From Eledone cirrhosa (Eukaryota): a DNA stretch of 64,000 nt. Below are positions 10,921 to 24,109 of this stretch, in pieces. The position numbers and the translations under genes were made by a program. Position 1 is the stretch's first letter; each line of letters starts with the position of its first letter. Location of the stretch: NCBI GenBank assembly GCA_964016885.1, contig OZ024741.1, positions 335,110,001-335,174,000 of the forward strand, in the 5' to 3' direction. Below the pieces are notes generated by a model. It searched no databases. It worked only from the letters and a program-made list of their open reading frames with translations, and was not told where the DNA came from.

Positions 10921-12822
10921 ATGTCAAAACTTGGCATTGAAAAAAAGAATGAACCATTCCTCCCAAGAACTCCGAGGATAAATCTCAAGGATCACAAAAA
11001 CAATTTTCGCACTGAACTACCTGTTAGATTAATCGCCCCCTCTAAATCTGATCTGGGGGTTGTTAGTAAAGCCATCTTGGATAGGATTATCCCACAGGTT
11101 AGTTCTAATTGCTCTTCTTTAAACCTAAATTTATGGTTTGGTACTTCTGAAGTGATTGGCTGGTTCAACAAATTGGATAATAAAAACAAACTAAAATTTA
11201 TTCAATTCGATATTGCCAGCTACTATTCCTCCATTTCGCCTTCACTTCTCAATAATGCTCTATCTTTCGCACTTAAATATTCTGACATCACCACAGATGA
11301 ACTTCACACCATCCTCACCGCACGTAAAACCATCCTAGAGTTCAACAACGAATATTGGACCAGAGCCGATACCTCTAACAACTTCGACATCACAATGGGA
11401 GCATCCGATTCATCCCAATTGACTGATTTAATTGGTATCTTCATTTTGAACTCTTTGAGTCGGAAAATTCCTCAACTTCGCGGTGGAATTTATCGTGACG
11501 ATGGACTCTTTACTATCCTAAATTGCAATATAGTTAAACTTAATATTATTAAGAACAATATACGTAATCTCTTTAACCAACATAACCTAAAAATTGAATT
11601 TGATAATAGTATCAAACTAGCTAATTTCTTGGATGTATCTCTTAATCTTGACACTGGCCTATATTACCCTTACCATAAAAACAATGAGAATCTTAATTAT
11701 GTTAACTTTAAATCTAACCATCCTACCAATATCAAGAATGCTATAGTTAATAATATTGGAAATAGAATATCTAACATATCTTCTAATAAAAACATCTTTG
11801 ATGCTAACGCCAATTACTATAATAACGCACTTTCTAAAGCCGGCTATCCAGATAAAATCAAATATAATAAAGAAACAAATTCTAGGAAAACTTACAGTAG
11901 AATAATTAATCATGACCATTCCAATAATTTTAATAAAAGACCTAGATACAAAAACATAATCTGGTATAATGCTCCTTTCTCCATCTCTATTAATAACAAT
12001 ATTCCTAAATTATTTTTTAGTGCCTTAAATAAATGCTTCCCTCCCTCACATATCTATAGTAAAATATTTAACAAACACACCATCAAATTTTCGTATTCTA
12101 CATCCTCCAATATTTCCAACATCATCTCTAAACACAACAAAATATTAAATACTAAATCTCTTCCTTCCAATATTGAATTTCATAATAACAGTAATAGTAC
12201 TCCCGACGTCATTGTAAACCCTAGGCTAACTTCTGTAAACCCAAATACAACGTCAAACACAACTTCGCTAAATGTTCATAATCCAACTCTAAATCAAGAA
12301 ACTATTATTCCTGTTATTCCTATCGCAAACAACTTCTCCAATCCAATTCCTTCTATAGATAACACTAGATCACTCATTAATAATCTCTCTAATTGCAACT
12401 GCCGCATTAAAAATAAATGTCCTCTCAACAACCATTGCCTCGATAAAAACTTAATTTATGAATGTAAAATTATAACTAGCACCAATTCCTTCACCTATTT
12501 TGGCTCCACTTCCACCTCTTTTAAAGCTCGTCTCTATAATCATCATTCATCTTTCAAATACAAACTTAAAAGAACTAACACTGCTCTCTCAGAACTCATA
12601 TGGTCCTTAAAAGACAAAAACATTAAATATAACATCTTTTGGAAAAAGATTTCTTCTGCATCCTCATACTTGAACAGCTCTCTATCTAAAATCTGTAATC
12701 TCTGCCTAAATGAAAAATTTACCATTATCTCTAACCTAGAATCTATAATAAATAGACGCTCAGATTTGTTTTCTATCTGCCTGCATAAATTCCATAGAAC
12801 TTTTCACAAAGTATACAGTTAA
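10921..12822 (+). CDS. 5'-truncated second copy of the PLE RT/GIY-YIG ORF (lacks about 180 N-terminal residues)
   Basis: 633 aa matching the C-terminal part of the 819-aa ORF, with two differences seen (KTE/KNE, HII/HTI). Truncated at the inversion junction at 10900. Confidence 0.9.
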   Translation: MSKLGIEKKNEPFLPRTPRINLKDHKNNFRTELPVRLIAPSKSDLGVVSKAILDRIIPQVSSNCSSLNLNLWFGTSEVIGWFNKLDNKNKLKFIQFDIASYYSSISPSLLNNALSFALKYSDITTDELHTILTARKTILEFNNEYWTRADTSNNFDITMGASDSSQLTDLIGIFILNSLSRKIPQLRGGIYRDDGLFTILNCNIVKLNIIKNNIRNLFNQHNLKIEFDNSIKLANFLDVSLNLDTGLYYPYHKNNENLNYVNFKSNHPTNIKNAIVNNIGNRISNISSNKNIFDANANYYNNALSKAGYPDKIKYNKETNSRKTYSRIINHDHSNNFNKRPRYKNIIWYNAPFSISINNNIPKLFFSALNKCFPPSHIYSKIFNKHTIKFSYSTSSNISNIISKHNKILNTKSLPSNIEFHNNSNSTPDVIVNPRLTSVNPNTTSNTTSLNVHNPTLNQETIIPVIPIANNFSNPIPSIDNTRSLINNLSNCNCRIKNKCPLNNHCLDKNLIYECKIITSTNSFTYFGSTSTSFKARLYNHHSSFKYKLKRTNTALSELIWSLKDKNIKYNIFWKKISSASSYLNSSLSKICNLCLNEKFTIISNLESIINRRSDLFSICLHKFHRTFHKVYS

Positions 12823-13810
12823 TATTCAATTCTTTATCAATTTAGAATCTTTTCTCAAAGGCACATATACATACACCTCTTTAAAATATACCCATCTACC
12901 TTACTTTAAAGGGCATTATACACTCTATAATACTCGTTTACTCATTACCCTCATTCTATCTTCTCGTAAAATAATAACATTTGTTTTTGACATTTTGAAT
13001 ATTCATCCGCAATCATTATTATTTTTTCTCTCTATCATAAATCTTTTTAATCTCAATTTCATCCTTAATTTATTATTATTTTTTTCTCCCCATCAACGAA
13101 CTCATTATTAATACATATCAATTCAATATACAAACTTTAACTTCACATTATTTTTCTCAAATCCTTCTACACACAAACCTTAACAACTTTTCTCTTCGCT
13201 AATTTTGAAATTGCCACAATACATACATTTCTTCTTTTGACGTTAGAATATTCACCCACAATTATTATTTTTTTCTCTCTATCTTCATACATAATTTCCC
13301 TTCGTTAATTTTCAAATTCCTTTAATTTATACATTATCTTCCAACGGTTCCCAACCTCTCTATATTAAAACAATATATCTTTTTCTCAGTTATAAAAACT
13401 ATCTCTTTCTCTCTATCACCCATCTCTCCCTCTCCACCTTCACTCTCATCTCCTCTCCCCTTTTTTTCATCCTTTCCATCCCCCCCCCCTCCCTAAATAA
13501 AATATTTTTTCCTCGCACATATCCTCCCTTCGTTAATTTTCAAAATTTTTAATTTATACAGTATCTTCCAACGGTTTTCAACCCCTCTATGTAAAAAATA
13601 TATCTCCTCTCAGTTATAAAAACTATCTCTTTCTCTCTATCACCCATCTCTCCCTCTCATCTCCTTCCCTTTTCATCCTTTCCCCCCCCCCCTCTCTAAA
13701 TAAAATATTTTTCCCAATATCACACATCAATCTAAAACCACTTTTCATATGTTGATTTAAAACTGCACTATCAACAAGTGTTTTTTTAGCCTTCATATCA
13801 TGTTCTCCTG

Positions 13811-13877
13811 TTTTATCTGATGAAAACACAAATATTATTGCTTGATGATGTTTGTTTTTGAAATGCGCATAATAAAA
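13811..13877 (+). ncRNA. Type I minimal hammerhead ribozyme in the PLE pseudo-LTR
   Basis: ttttat-CTGATGA(13817)-stem II-GAAA(13860)-palindromic TGCGCA-TA|ataaaa. Stem I is ttttat/ataaaa. Predicted cleavage after 13871. Confidence 0.88.
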
Positions 13878-13999
13878 TATATGGAACTCCTTTAACCATC
13901 TTTGGATCTTATATTATGCATACTCCAGTCCCACAAACTGTAGAGTGCTTCTTATCCGATATCTGCATTGCTTTATTGTACTACAATAAACTCACCTCC

Positions 14000-14064
<65 letters not shown>

Positions 14065-15409
14065 ATGTGTATCTGTTGTATTCTGTATTATATATTTATA
14101 TCTATATATTTCATTATAACTTTTTTGTTTTATATGTATATATATATATATGTGTATGTGTCTGTGTGTATATATATATACATACAAACATGCATACACA
14201 CGCACACATATATATGTATACCTATACACATGGGATAGTCAAGTAAAGTCCATAGGTAAATACGCATAGACATACACATACCTGCACTACACATGCACTA
14301 CACATGCACATGCACTACACATGCCCCACACATGAATAATCAATCACAGCATATTGTAAGATTTCAAGAATCTATGAGTGTATCTAAATGAGTGTATGCA
14401 TACGTGCTAATATATACTTAAATGTTAGCAATTTAATCCCACTTTACTGGAGATGATAAAATTTCTTGGGTTAAAAACAATAATTTCACCATCATCTCTA
14501 CCCCCACCCCCCACAACCATTTACATTAACTCCACCATTCCACCAGCTAGATCTTCATAAAAGACATGCCATGCTGCTGCTGTTGTAACATGATAACTTC
14601 TTGGCCATCGTAAACAAGATTCGAATTCTGTAATGCTGAGCAAAGTTGGAGCATTCTATGTTTCTACTTGAACTCCTTTACGATGGTTAAGGCACGCATA
14701 TTGAACCAAATTTCTGCTGAATATGCTACTTTCTATAATTCCCCAGCTCCAAAGTCACGTATACTTTTGACAATTACTTCTTTGAGCCTGTCTTTCTTTC
14801 TTTCTTGTCAATTATTCGTTTCATAGCACCGTTCTATATTGTCACGGACTGCTTCTACATTCAAAGGAGACTGTTTTTGTATTTAATTGTGTAAGACTAA
14901 CTGATAGTAGTGCTTGAGTTTCAACTGGCCAAAATAACTGCTGGTTTAACAATTTTATTCTAGTCTTGTTGTCTTTTTGTTTTAGTTTTTTATATAATTG
15001 ACACATTATACACACACATGCACACATACACATACATATATATATATATGTATATATATGTATAGTATGGTTTGCTAATTTGTTGTGGAACTAATTCTCT
15101 CTCTCTATATATATATACACACACACACATATGATGATATATTATATATATATATATATAAATGAAAGGTATAGAAAACACTGCAGCGAAAAGCGAACAG
15201 CATTCCATAATATATAAGTGACTATAGCGTCAAAATGGGAAAAATAGTTAACGTAAGATGTGGGAAAAATAATTCAAACTCATCTCAAAGAGAATCAGGA
15301 TATAAATTCATCCACAAAATTTAGTGAAATCCAGGGAAAAATCAATAGAGCCTTAACTCATGATAAAATAAAGTCTAAAGTACTTATCCTTCAATTTGGA
15401 AAAACTTCA

Positions 15410-15441
<32 letters not shown>

Positions 15442-15640
15442 CGAGAGAGAATTTTCACAAATCATTTTCTATCTAATGGTCTGGTAATGTTTACTCATTC
15501 ATACATTTATACATGCATGTATGCTTCTACATCCTTTGGTAGTTATTTAAAAGAGTTTGTGTATGTATATATATGTATGTATGTATGTGTGAGAGAGAGT
15601 GTATATGTGAGTGATTTTCAGTGTGTAATTATTATCTAGA

Positions 15641-16113
15641 CTAGCAGAAAAACCACTCTTAGGGTGGTTTTCTGCTAGCATGTGTGGTGTGTATATTGTG
15701 TATATTATACGCAGGTATATATACATGTAGATATGATACATCAAATAAAATCGTAATTGACAAATATATAATACATAGAAATTGAACGAAGACTGCATTA
15801 CACTCTCTTATGTAATCAGTAACGTAATCCATGATACATTAAAAAAGACGACATTATATATAAACTGCATTAGGAGAAAATTAGTATGTTTATTTAAGCG
15901 ATCGCCACCGGAAGTGTTGACATTTCAGAAATTTTATAGAAGTAAGTCTTTAAATAAACAAAATATATTTAATGAACAGCCATGAAATTTAGTAGATAAA
16001 TTATGTAATATTCATTCATTATTTATTCAAAGTAATCCAACTTATTTTACAAACAGGATAAAAAAGAATAAACCGTACGCAATCTCGCAGACCTTCCTTT
16101 ATTATAGTTTAGA
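15641..16113 (-). mobile_element. Non-autonomous Helitron
   Basis: Minus strand starts A|TC (16113) and ends CTAG|T (15641), with a subterminal hairpin ctagcagaaaaaccac..gtggttttctgctag. No TSD. Confidence 0.7.
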
Positions 16114-16554
16114 TGTCTGTGTGACTGTGTACACACATGTTAGTTTGTTTCCTCTATGTGTAGCTATAGTTATGTGTAATTGTATGTATAGTTATTTTAT
16201 GTGTGTGCATATGCACATGTATAATATATATATATATAGTGCTGGTGATCTACACAATAAAAACACCCAGTACATGCTGTAAAGTGGTTGGTGTTGCCAA
16301 TATTGCCAATAAAAAACACACAATATTTGATTTTCACCTTAGCTTTATTATTATTTGTTATTAGTTATTGGTTATCTTGTCAAAGCTCTTTCGTTGCATA
16401 TTCTGTGACCTCCTCAATGACTATATGTCTTTCTGCTCTGTGTCTCCTCTTCTTTCTGTTCTTTTTGTTTACTCCATCTTGTCTTTCTATTGTATGTTTC
16501 TCTGTCGGTACATGTATTTGCATCTGTGCCTATGTATGTGTGTTTCATGGTTTA

Positions 16555-16752
16555 TTGAGAGGACAAGACTACTGCCTAGACAGGACGCCAGTCCATCGCA
16601 ATGTTAAAGCCCCAGCTATTGGTGGTACTCATTTTCAGCTGAGTCTACTGAAGTGCTTTTGTTCAAGTACACAACTCGCAACCCAGCCCAGGAATCAAAA
16701 CTACAACATTATGATCGTAAGTCCAATACCCTTACCACTAGGTCACAGGCCT
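16555..16752 (-). mobile_element. SINE family B-like copy (others at about 1357-1410 and 27120-27288)
   Basis: tRNA-like head and CORE-like segment on the minus strand. Confidence 0.6.
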
Positions 16753-19417
16753 TCACATATAATATATAAGAGTATATTATATATATATATATCATATATA
16801 AATATATATATGATATATATATTATATATATAATATATATTATATATCTAATATATTTAATATATATGATATGATATAATATAAAACTATATATACAATA
16901 TATATTATATAATCTCTATTTCTCTCTTTATATATATATATTTATATATATATGTATATATATATGTATATATATATATATATGTGTATGTGTGTGTTTA
17001 TAATTTAGCTTCAATTTGAGTTGTGAAAATATGTTTGTATTAGAGTGTGACACTATCCATCTACAGTTTGAATCTATTCTGGTGGCTCACATCACTTTAG
17101 TATAATATTAAAAGAACTTACAATAAATAAACATGTGCCACTGTATTTGATTCTATATAAGGTATTGAATCCTAATAACTAGGTGTTAGCTGTGTGTATG
17201 TCTATATACAGCTATTGATGTACTGTGGAGCAAATATACCTTTTTATCTCCTGCTTACTACTTTTCTCTAGGTATTTTTAAATCTTCCAATTTAGAACAT
17301 TTCATAGGCAGTGGAGAAAACACATTAAATATAGCAAAATTCTGTTATGCATATCCATATATCTGAACATTTTGAATCATTATCTTTTAATATAACATGT
17401 CTCAAGCATCATATCCTACAAGAGAAATAATGAGACACTTGTATCACATTGATATTAAAATTCTCTATCTATCTATCTACCTACCTACCTACCTATCTAC
17501 CTATCTATCTTTATTTCTATCTATTTATCTACCTATCTATTGATCTATCTACATGCACACACACACACCATTCATCATCATCATTGTTTAACGTCCAATT
17601 TCCATGCTAGTATGGGTTAGACAAGTTGTCCCGTTGTGAGACAAGTCACAATAGGTAACCGAGTCTTGCTCATACAGAACTGTTTCTGGCTTAGTTTCTA
17701 TGGCTGGATGCCCTTCCTCACACCATCCACATTTACAATGTGGTTTGGGTGCTTTTTGTCAAATCCCATACTGACAGGGAGAGCTGGATGTTTTTTGTCA
17801 AGTCATCAACATAACCACTTTACAAGGTGGACAGGGTGCTCGTTTTTCATGTCATCAGCATAAACACCTTATATTGTGGACTAGGGTCTTTTGTTGTGTC
17901 ACCAGCATAACCACCTAACAGGGTGGACGAAGAGCCTTTGGCCATTTTAGCAACATTATGGGAGAGTGAGTCAAACTTTCCATGCTTGTATGCATGGGTT
18001 GGACGATAGAGGTGTATCAGATGTGGAAGGTGGGGTGGTTTGGGAAGGTTGTGGTGTATATATACAGGATGAGGAATAGAAAGCTAGGTCTATGTACATC
18101 ATCATCATCATCACTGTTTAACGTCTATTTTTCCATGCTTGCATGAGTTAGACCAGTCGTCCACATTATGATACAAGTCTACAAGTCTGCCCAGTTGGTC
18201 ACACCATACCTTGCTCAAACAGAACTGTATTTTGGCCAGGTATTTTACACTGGATACCCTTCCTAACACCAACCACATTTACAGTTTGGAACTATTCATA
18301 TGGAAAAGTTTGTAAGCAAGATGCAGGCCTTGGCTCACACCAACACTCAGTAGAGTGTAGAAAATGAGATCAGGCCTCTAGCCTGTATGCTTAAAGGACA
18401 AATTACATACAAGATTAAATGTATGAGTAACTTTGGAGAAATACCTATTTTCAGGGACAAATGTAGGGTTAGAAACCAGGACTTTGAGAATGGAAAGTGA
18501 ACTTCTTATTGCAGCAACATGACTGATATATGAAATGCTTTGTATATATAAGTGTGTATATGTTGTACATGTTTGTATGTGTAAAATTTTAAAGCGTTAC
18601 AGACAGAGCTTTGTATTTTAATAGATATAACAAACGTGTGACATATTATTGTCATTGTTACTGATATCACTTCTATAATAGATCAATCACTTTGTTGTGG
18701 TCATTGGAGCAGCTTATATCAGTTGTGGTTCTCTTGTCATTGTTGTTGTTGTTACTATGGTGATGTCATGGTAACAGTTATCTGTTTATAAAGTATATTC
18801 ACTGGAACAACTGACAAAGTAAATGTATAATAGATCATAGATGCAGCCAGGAGAGCTGTGTGGTTGTGCATGGATGCATGTATGTGTGTGTAGATGTATG
18901 CACACATGTGCGTTTGTGCATGTGTGTATGAGTATGTTTGTGCATGTGTCTGTGCATATGTGTGTCTATGTGCATGTGCATGTCTGGGCATGTGTGTATA
19001 CGTTAGTGTATGTGTGTATGTGCATGTGTGTGTATGCATGTGTTTGAGTATGTTCATATTTGAGTGTATGCATACATGTCTGTCTGTACGATTGTACAAG
19101 TGTGTATGTGCATATGTGTTTGTGTGCATGTGTGTATGTGTGTGCCCATGTGTGTATGTGCATGTTTGAGTGTATGTGTTCATGTGTCTGTGCAGTTGTT
19201 TGAGTGTGTATGTGTGTGTGTGTGTTAGTTTAACTAGTGAAAGTATTTGAAAAGACCATGATAAGTGACTGACAATTATTGACAAGATTTCATGATGATG
19301 ATGGTATGGTGGTGTTGGTGGTAATGGTGGTGGTAGTAATGGTGGTGGTGGTGATGATGGTGGTGGTGGTGGTATGGGTATTGGTGGTGGTGATAATGGT
19401 GGCACTTGTGGTAAAAA

Positions 19418-19583
19418 TGATAACTTTGCTGCTGATGATGATGACTATGATACTCCTGATAACTTTGCTGCTGATGATGATGACTATGATACTCCTGATA
19501 ACTTTGCTGCTGATGATGATGACTATGATACTCCTGATAACTTTGCTGCTGATGATGATGACTATGATACTCCTGATAACTTT
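19418..19583 (+). repeat. 39-bp tandem repeat, 4 copies, inside a (GAT/GGT)n tract spanning 19290-20190
   Basis: tgataactttgctgctgatgatgatgactatgatactcc. Confidence 0.9.
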
Positions 19584-21071
19584 GGTGATGGTGATGATGA
19601 TGGTTGTGGCAGTGACAATGATGATGATGATGGTTATAATGGTGATGATAGTGGTTGTGGTGGTGATGATGATGGTGATTGAGGTGGTGATGATGATAAT
19701 GATGATGATGATGACACTTTTGATGGTGATTTTTGTTGTTATGTTGGTGGTGGTGGTTGTGCTGAAGTGCTACTGCTGCTGGTGGTGATGATGATGATGA
19801 TGGTGACGAAGATTATGATGATGATGATGATGAGGATGATGATAATAATGATGATATTGGTTGTTGTGGTGATGATGATGGTGATAAAGATTATGACAAT
19901 AGTGAAGATGATGATGGTGATGATGGTTGTGATGATGGTGATGATAATGGTGATGAGGGTGATGGGTGATGATGATAATGGTGGTGATGATGGTGATGAT
20001 GATGATAATGGTGGTGATGATGGTGATGATGATGATAATGGTGATGATGGTGATGATGTTGGTGTTGGTGATGATGATGATGATGATAGTGATGATGATG
20101 ATGATAACGATGATGGTGATGACGGTGATGATGATGGTGGTGATGGTGATGATGGTGGTGATGGTGATGATGATGATGATGTTGATGCTTTCATTGTCGC
20201 CCAGATGTCTTTGTTGTTGGGAAAGAGGTTACAATAAGGTTCAATTAACAATACAAAATGTTTTGTTTTGTTTATAAGGGTAGTCATCCATAAGCATAAC
20301 TGACAGTGGGGGGGGGGGCGTTAGGATGAGGGGCGAGGGACGGGGAGCAGGAAGTGTAGAATGTCTTGTTTTACGAAATGCAAACAAAAGATCAATTTGC
20401 AAAAAAGAACATATTCTAGATTGTAAAGTGCTACCACAAGGAAACAGACAATCCCTTTTTTTTTTTCATTTATTTATTTATTTATTTTTCCAAACCCTCT
20501 ATAAATGGATCATCTAAAACCAATCAATAATGTGTTGAAATTGATTAGGTGACCACACCTATAACTAAGGTGACATGTGTATTCTTGTTTTGTTCTACAG
20601 TCTCAGTTAAGTGTTCAGGTATTGTTTCTGGGGATGATCGGAGGCATCTGTATCATATTACAAGATGCCCAGTCAGACACCCGGTCGATCAGCTGACGGG
20701 TCGATCGATCGGTCTGTTAGATGGTCAGTTGGTCGGTTTACATGCTTTTATTCTAACCCATTCAATGTATTGAGTTTTTTTCTTTAAGTGAATCAGAAAA
20801 CACACATATATCACAAATGAACATCTTCTCCTGATAGACATACAAACACATATACATATGTACATGTATGTATACATGTATGTATATATGTATGCATATA
20901 TGTATGTATCATCATCATCATTAACATCAACATTTTACGTCTGCTTTTCCCTGCTTGCAAGGGTGGGAATTATTCAGCACAGCATCTCTCCATTCGTCAC
21001 GGTCCTTCGTCATCTCCTCCGTGAATGTTTGAATGTATATTGGTGTGTGTGTGTATGTATGTGTATGTGTG

Positions 21072-21149
<78 letters not shown>

Positions 21150-21249
21150 TGTATGTGTGTGTATAATATACGTATGTTATTGTGCATGTATCTATATATA
21201 TATATAGATACATATAGATACATATATATAGATATATAGATGATGCTAC

Positions 21250-21827
21250 TGGTAACATGTATCCCAGTACAACCTAGTCGGGTCGTTGGCGACTAAACTG
21301 GCAACCCCACCAAGGTTTCTTGGTGAGGAGGGTGACTTTGGACATCCTGCAGGACTAAAAACAAAACCTGTCAAAGGGCAAAGGAGCTCTTAAAAGTCAA
21401 TGGCCATCCAAAATCACCGGGAGAGATGACCCCTTAGCCTTTGTCAAGGCAGAATTCTAGGAGAAGGAAAACTCTGATATAACATCTGCAACCCTGATGG
21501 TATCCAATGATGTTGACTTGTTCTTCTTTTTGGTAAATATCATCTTCGTTAAGAGAGTGGGACTGGCTTTGTGCAGTGCCTTTGCTCACTATAAAAGCTT
21601 CACAGCACAGGCTTTGCTTTATATCTGGAGATCTCTCTGCACTTGTTGTCACATGGTACCATGGGCCCAGCACTATGTGTCAATAATTGTCACAAGTGTA
21701 GTGTTTGTACCAGAGTTTTCAAGTCGCTGGCTGGACTAAAAAGTCACACTCGTTCAGCGCATCGATAGGGGTTCTCCTACATGGATATAAAGTAGTGGCC
21801 GTACTCGAAAACGAGTTGGCAGCCACC
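21250..21827 (+). mobile_element. Internally deleted RTE-like element (putative 5' UTR fused to a C-terminal C2H2 finger and 3' end)
   Basis: 21682-21768 reads NNCHKCSVCTRVFKSLAGLKSHTRSAHR*. The upstream motif ctaggagaaggaaaactctga resembles RTE 5' UTRs as I recall them (not verified). Confidence 0.55.
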
Positions 21828-23300
21828 ATATATATAGATACATGCACAAAAACATACATATATTATACACACACATACATATACATATATACATATATAT
21901 AGATCGATAGATAAAGATATATATCAGGATTAAATCAGTATTAAACCAGTATTAAAGTAGTTAGGCCATTATTCAACAAAGTACTCGATACCAGGGATAG
22001 AAGAGTGTGACTACATCAGAAAGAGTCAGGGTCCGATGCCTGGGCTCTTGCCATTTCAACAGCTAGTTCCAGACTATATATATTTGAGTGTCCAGTTTGA
22101 TCAACTGTTTGACTTATTCATTGTATTATTGGTACATACAGTGGTTGGATGTTCCACAAACATATGTATACCTATTGTAATACTCAGGTGGAATCAAAGT
22201 GACTCAGTATAACAAGGCTGTCTCTTCAAATTAAAGGTAATTTCAGATAATTCAATGGTGGCCCATTTTGGACAAGACTATTTTTTAGTCAGTATTCTAC
22301 AAGTTGTTGCCCTTTCTCACATTTAATCCTTACTAGATTTATAAGTAAGGCACCAGCTGATTTTTACATCTTGAACTGTTAAGCCACTAAACTTTCGCTT
22401 ATGCAGGACATAAACAAGAGTCACTTTGAGCAGTCTCCAAAATGGCTGACTAAACACATGCATGATTTTGCTCCAAAATTGTTTTCCATTCATTCCTCTT
22501 CTCTCTATCTTTCTTTGTCATCTATTATTTCTCATTATATATTCTAATGAAGGACTAGTGTCTGAAACGTAAAAATTCTCTTCATACTAAACCAAGAATA
22601 AAAATAATGTATTTCTTCATTGTACTGTTTTATTTTGCTTTTACTTTTTGCATATATATGTGTGTGTGTGAGACGCTGTGATCCCGAGTGGAGCAGCAGT
22701 AACGTTGAGTCAAAACTGCTAAAGTCCATCTCAACGGCTGATGACCCTGGAGTTCTGTGGCTTTCGTTTGTATTTTTATTTTTTTTAAATTATTCTTTAA
22801 GGTTTCCCCATAAAAAAATTGTTTTTCATTTGCCTTGTCTTTGTATGTTGTCTTGTCGTCTCTTGGTTAATTTTCTTATATATATATATATGTGTGTGTG
22901 TGTCTGTGTGTGTATGTAAAAGATAAACAGAAATAAAAACACAAACAGTTTAAGTTTAAGCAAAGCATTTCTGCTTTCACTCCATGATCTGAGTTTCAAA
23001 AGATCCCATAACAATCCCAATTTTTGACATGGAAACTACTACAAGACACAGTATGGAATCACATCACATGATCATCCACAAACAGATAGCAATCCAGGCC
23101 ACTTTTTTGCATAAAACATTTCCCAATCCATCAAATGTGAAACACATCATGGCATGGCCACACACCTCTCTATCTCACTTAACTATTGAAAATCATAAAT
23201 TTGTGAAACTAGTAAAGTTATTGTAAATAAACTTTCTTAAAGACGCCAATTGCACTTTTCCTATATTTTCAACCATGTGGGATATAAAAAAATATTAAAC

Positions 23301-23339
<39 letters not shown>

Positions 23340-23450
23340 TAAATATAGATATAGATAGATATAGAGTGATATATTATTACTCACCATTTGGTTATATATA
23401 TATTTATACACACATATATATATAGTATTATATTATTACTCATCAACTGG

Positions 23451-23495
<45 letters not shown>

Positions 23496-23957
23496 CACAC
23501 GTGTGTGTGTGTGTATATATATGTATATATGTATATATATATTTATATATATATGTGCACTCTATCATTTCTTTGTGTCATCTCCCAGATAATTCCCCCT
23601 TTTTTGTTTTGTTTGTGAGCGTGTGCATGTGTGGGGCTTATTTTTAGTTTTTTTCTTCTTCATCTGTGTTTGTCACGGTTAAATGCTTGAAATTGTACAT
23701 CACACAGATGAGAGCAAGTCAAAAAAATAGAATAAGATGAAAAACTATTTTGATATTCCTTTCAACTCCTGACTTATTAGGAACTCATGACGTATTAGCC
23801 ATTGCAGAAGACTCCATTCTGTCTATCGAGGATGATTTCACATTCACAAAATATAAGAACACCAGTGTTGTATGCTTTAACAACCAGACAACTTTCCTAC
23901 ATACTTTCTTTCTTTTTATTTATCTTTCTTCCTTTATATATTTTTTGTCTGTTTATA

Positions 23958-23991
<34 letters not shown>

Positions 23992-24061
23992 CATATACAT
24001 ATGTATATATATGTGTGTGTGTATATATATATATATATATACATATACATATGTATATATA

Positions 24062-24109
<48 letters not shown>

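Larger units (their letters stand above)
6280..14004. mobile_element. Penelope-like retroelement array: minus-strand partial tandem (pseudo-LTR 10901-9933, then full unit 9932-6280) joined head-to-head to a 5'-truncated plus-strand copy (10900-14004)
   Basis: 6281-7244 is directly repeated at 9933-10901 (offset about 3652-3657). 10900-13915 is the reverse complement of about 9289-6281, and 13916-14004 is the reverse complement of about 9932-9845. Both outer ends abut (TA)n. The internal junction has 2-nt (AA) microhomology. Confidence 0.95.

Noticed and set aside
14590-14880. Coding-like minus-strand segment
   Set aside because: It has multiple stops and no motif I recognise. It is possibly an old TE relic but cannot be assigned.
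19279-20287. Asp-rich or Met/Val-rich ORFs, including (DNFAADDDDYDTP)x4
   Set aside because: They lie in (GAT/GGT)n tracts open in multiple frames, with no splice or domain support. An acidic protein exon is not strictly excluded.
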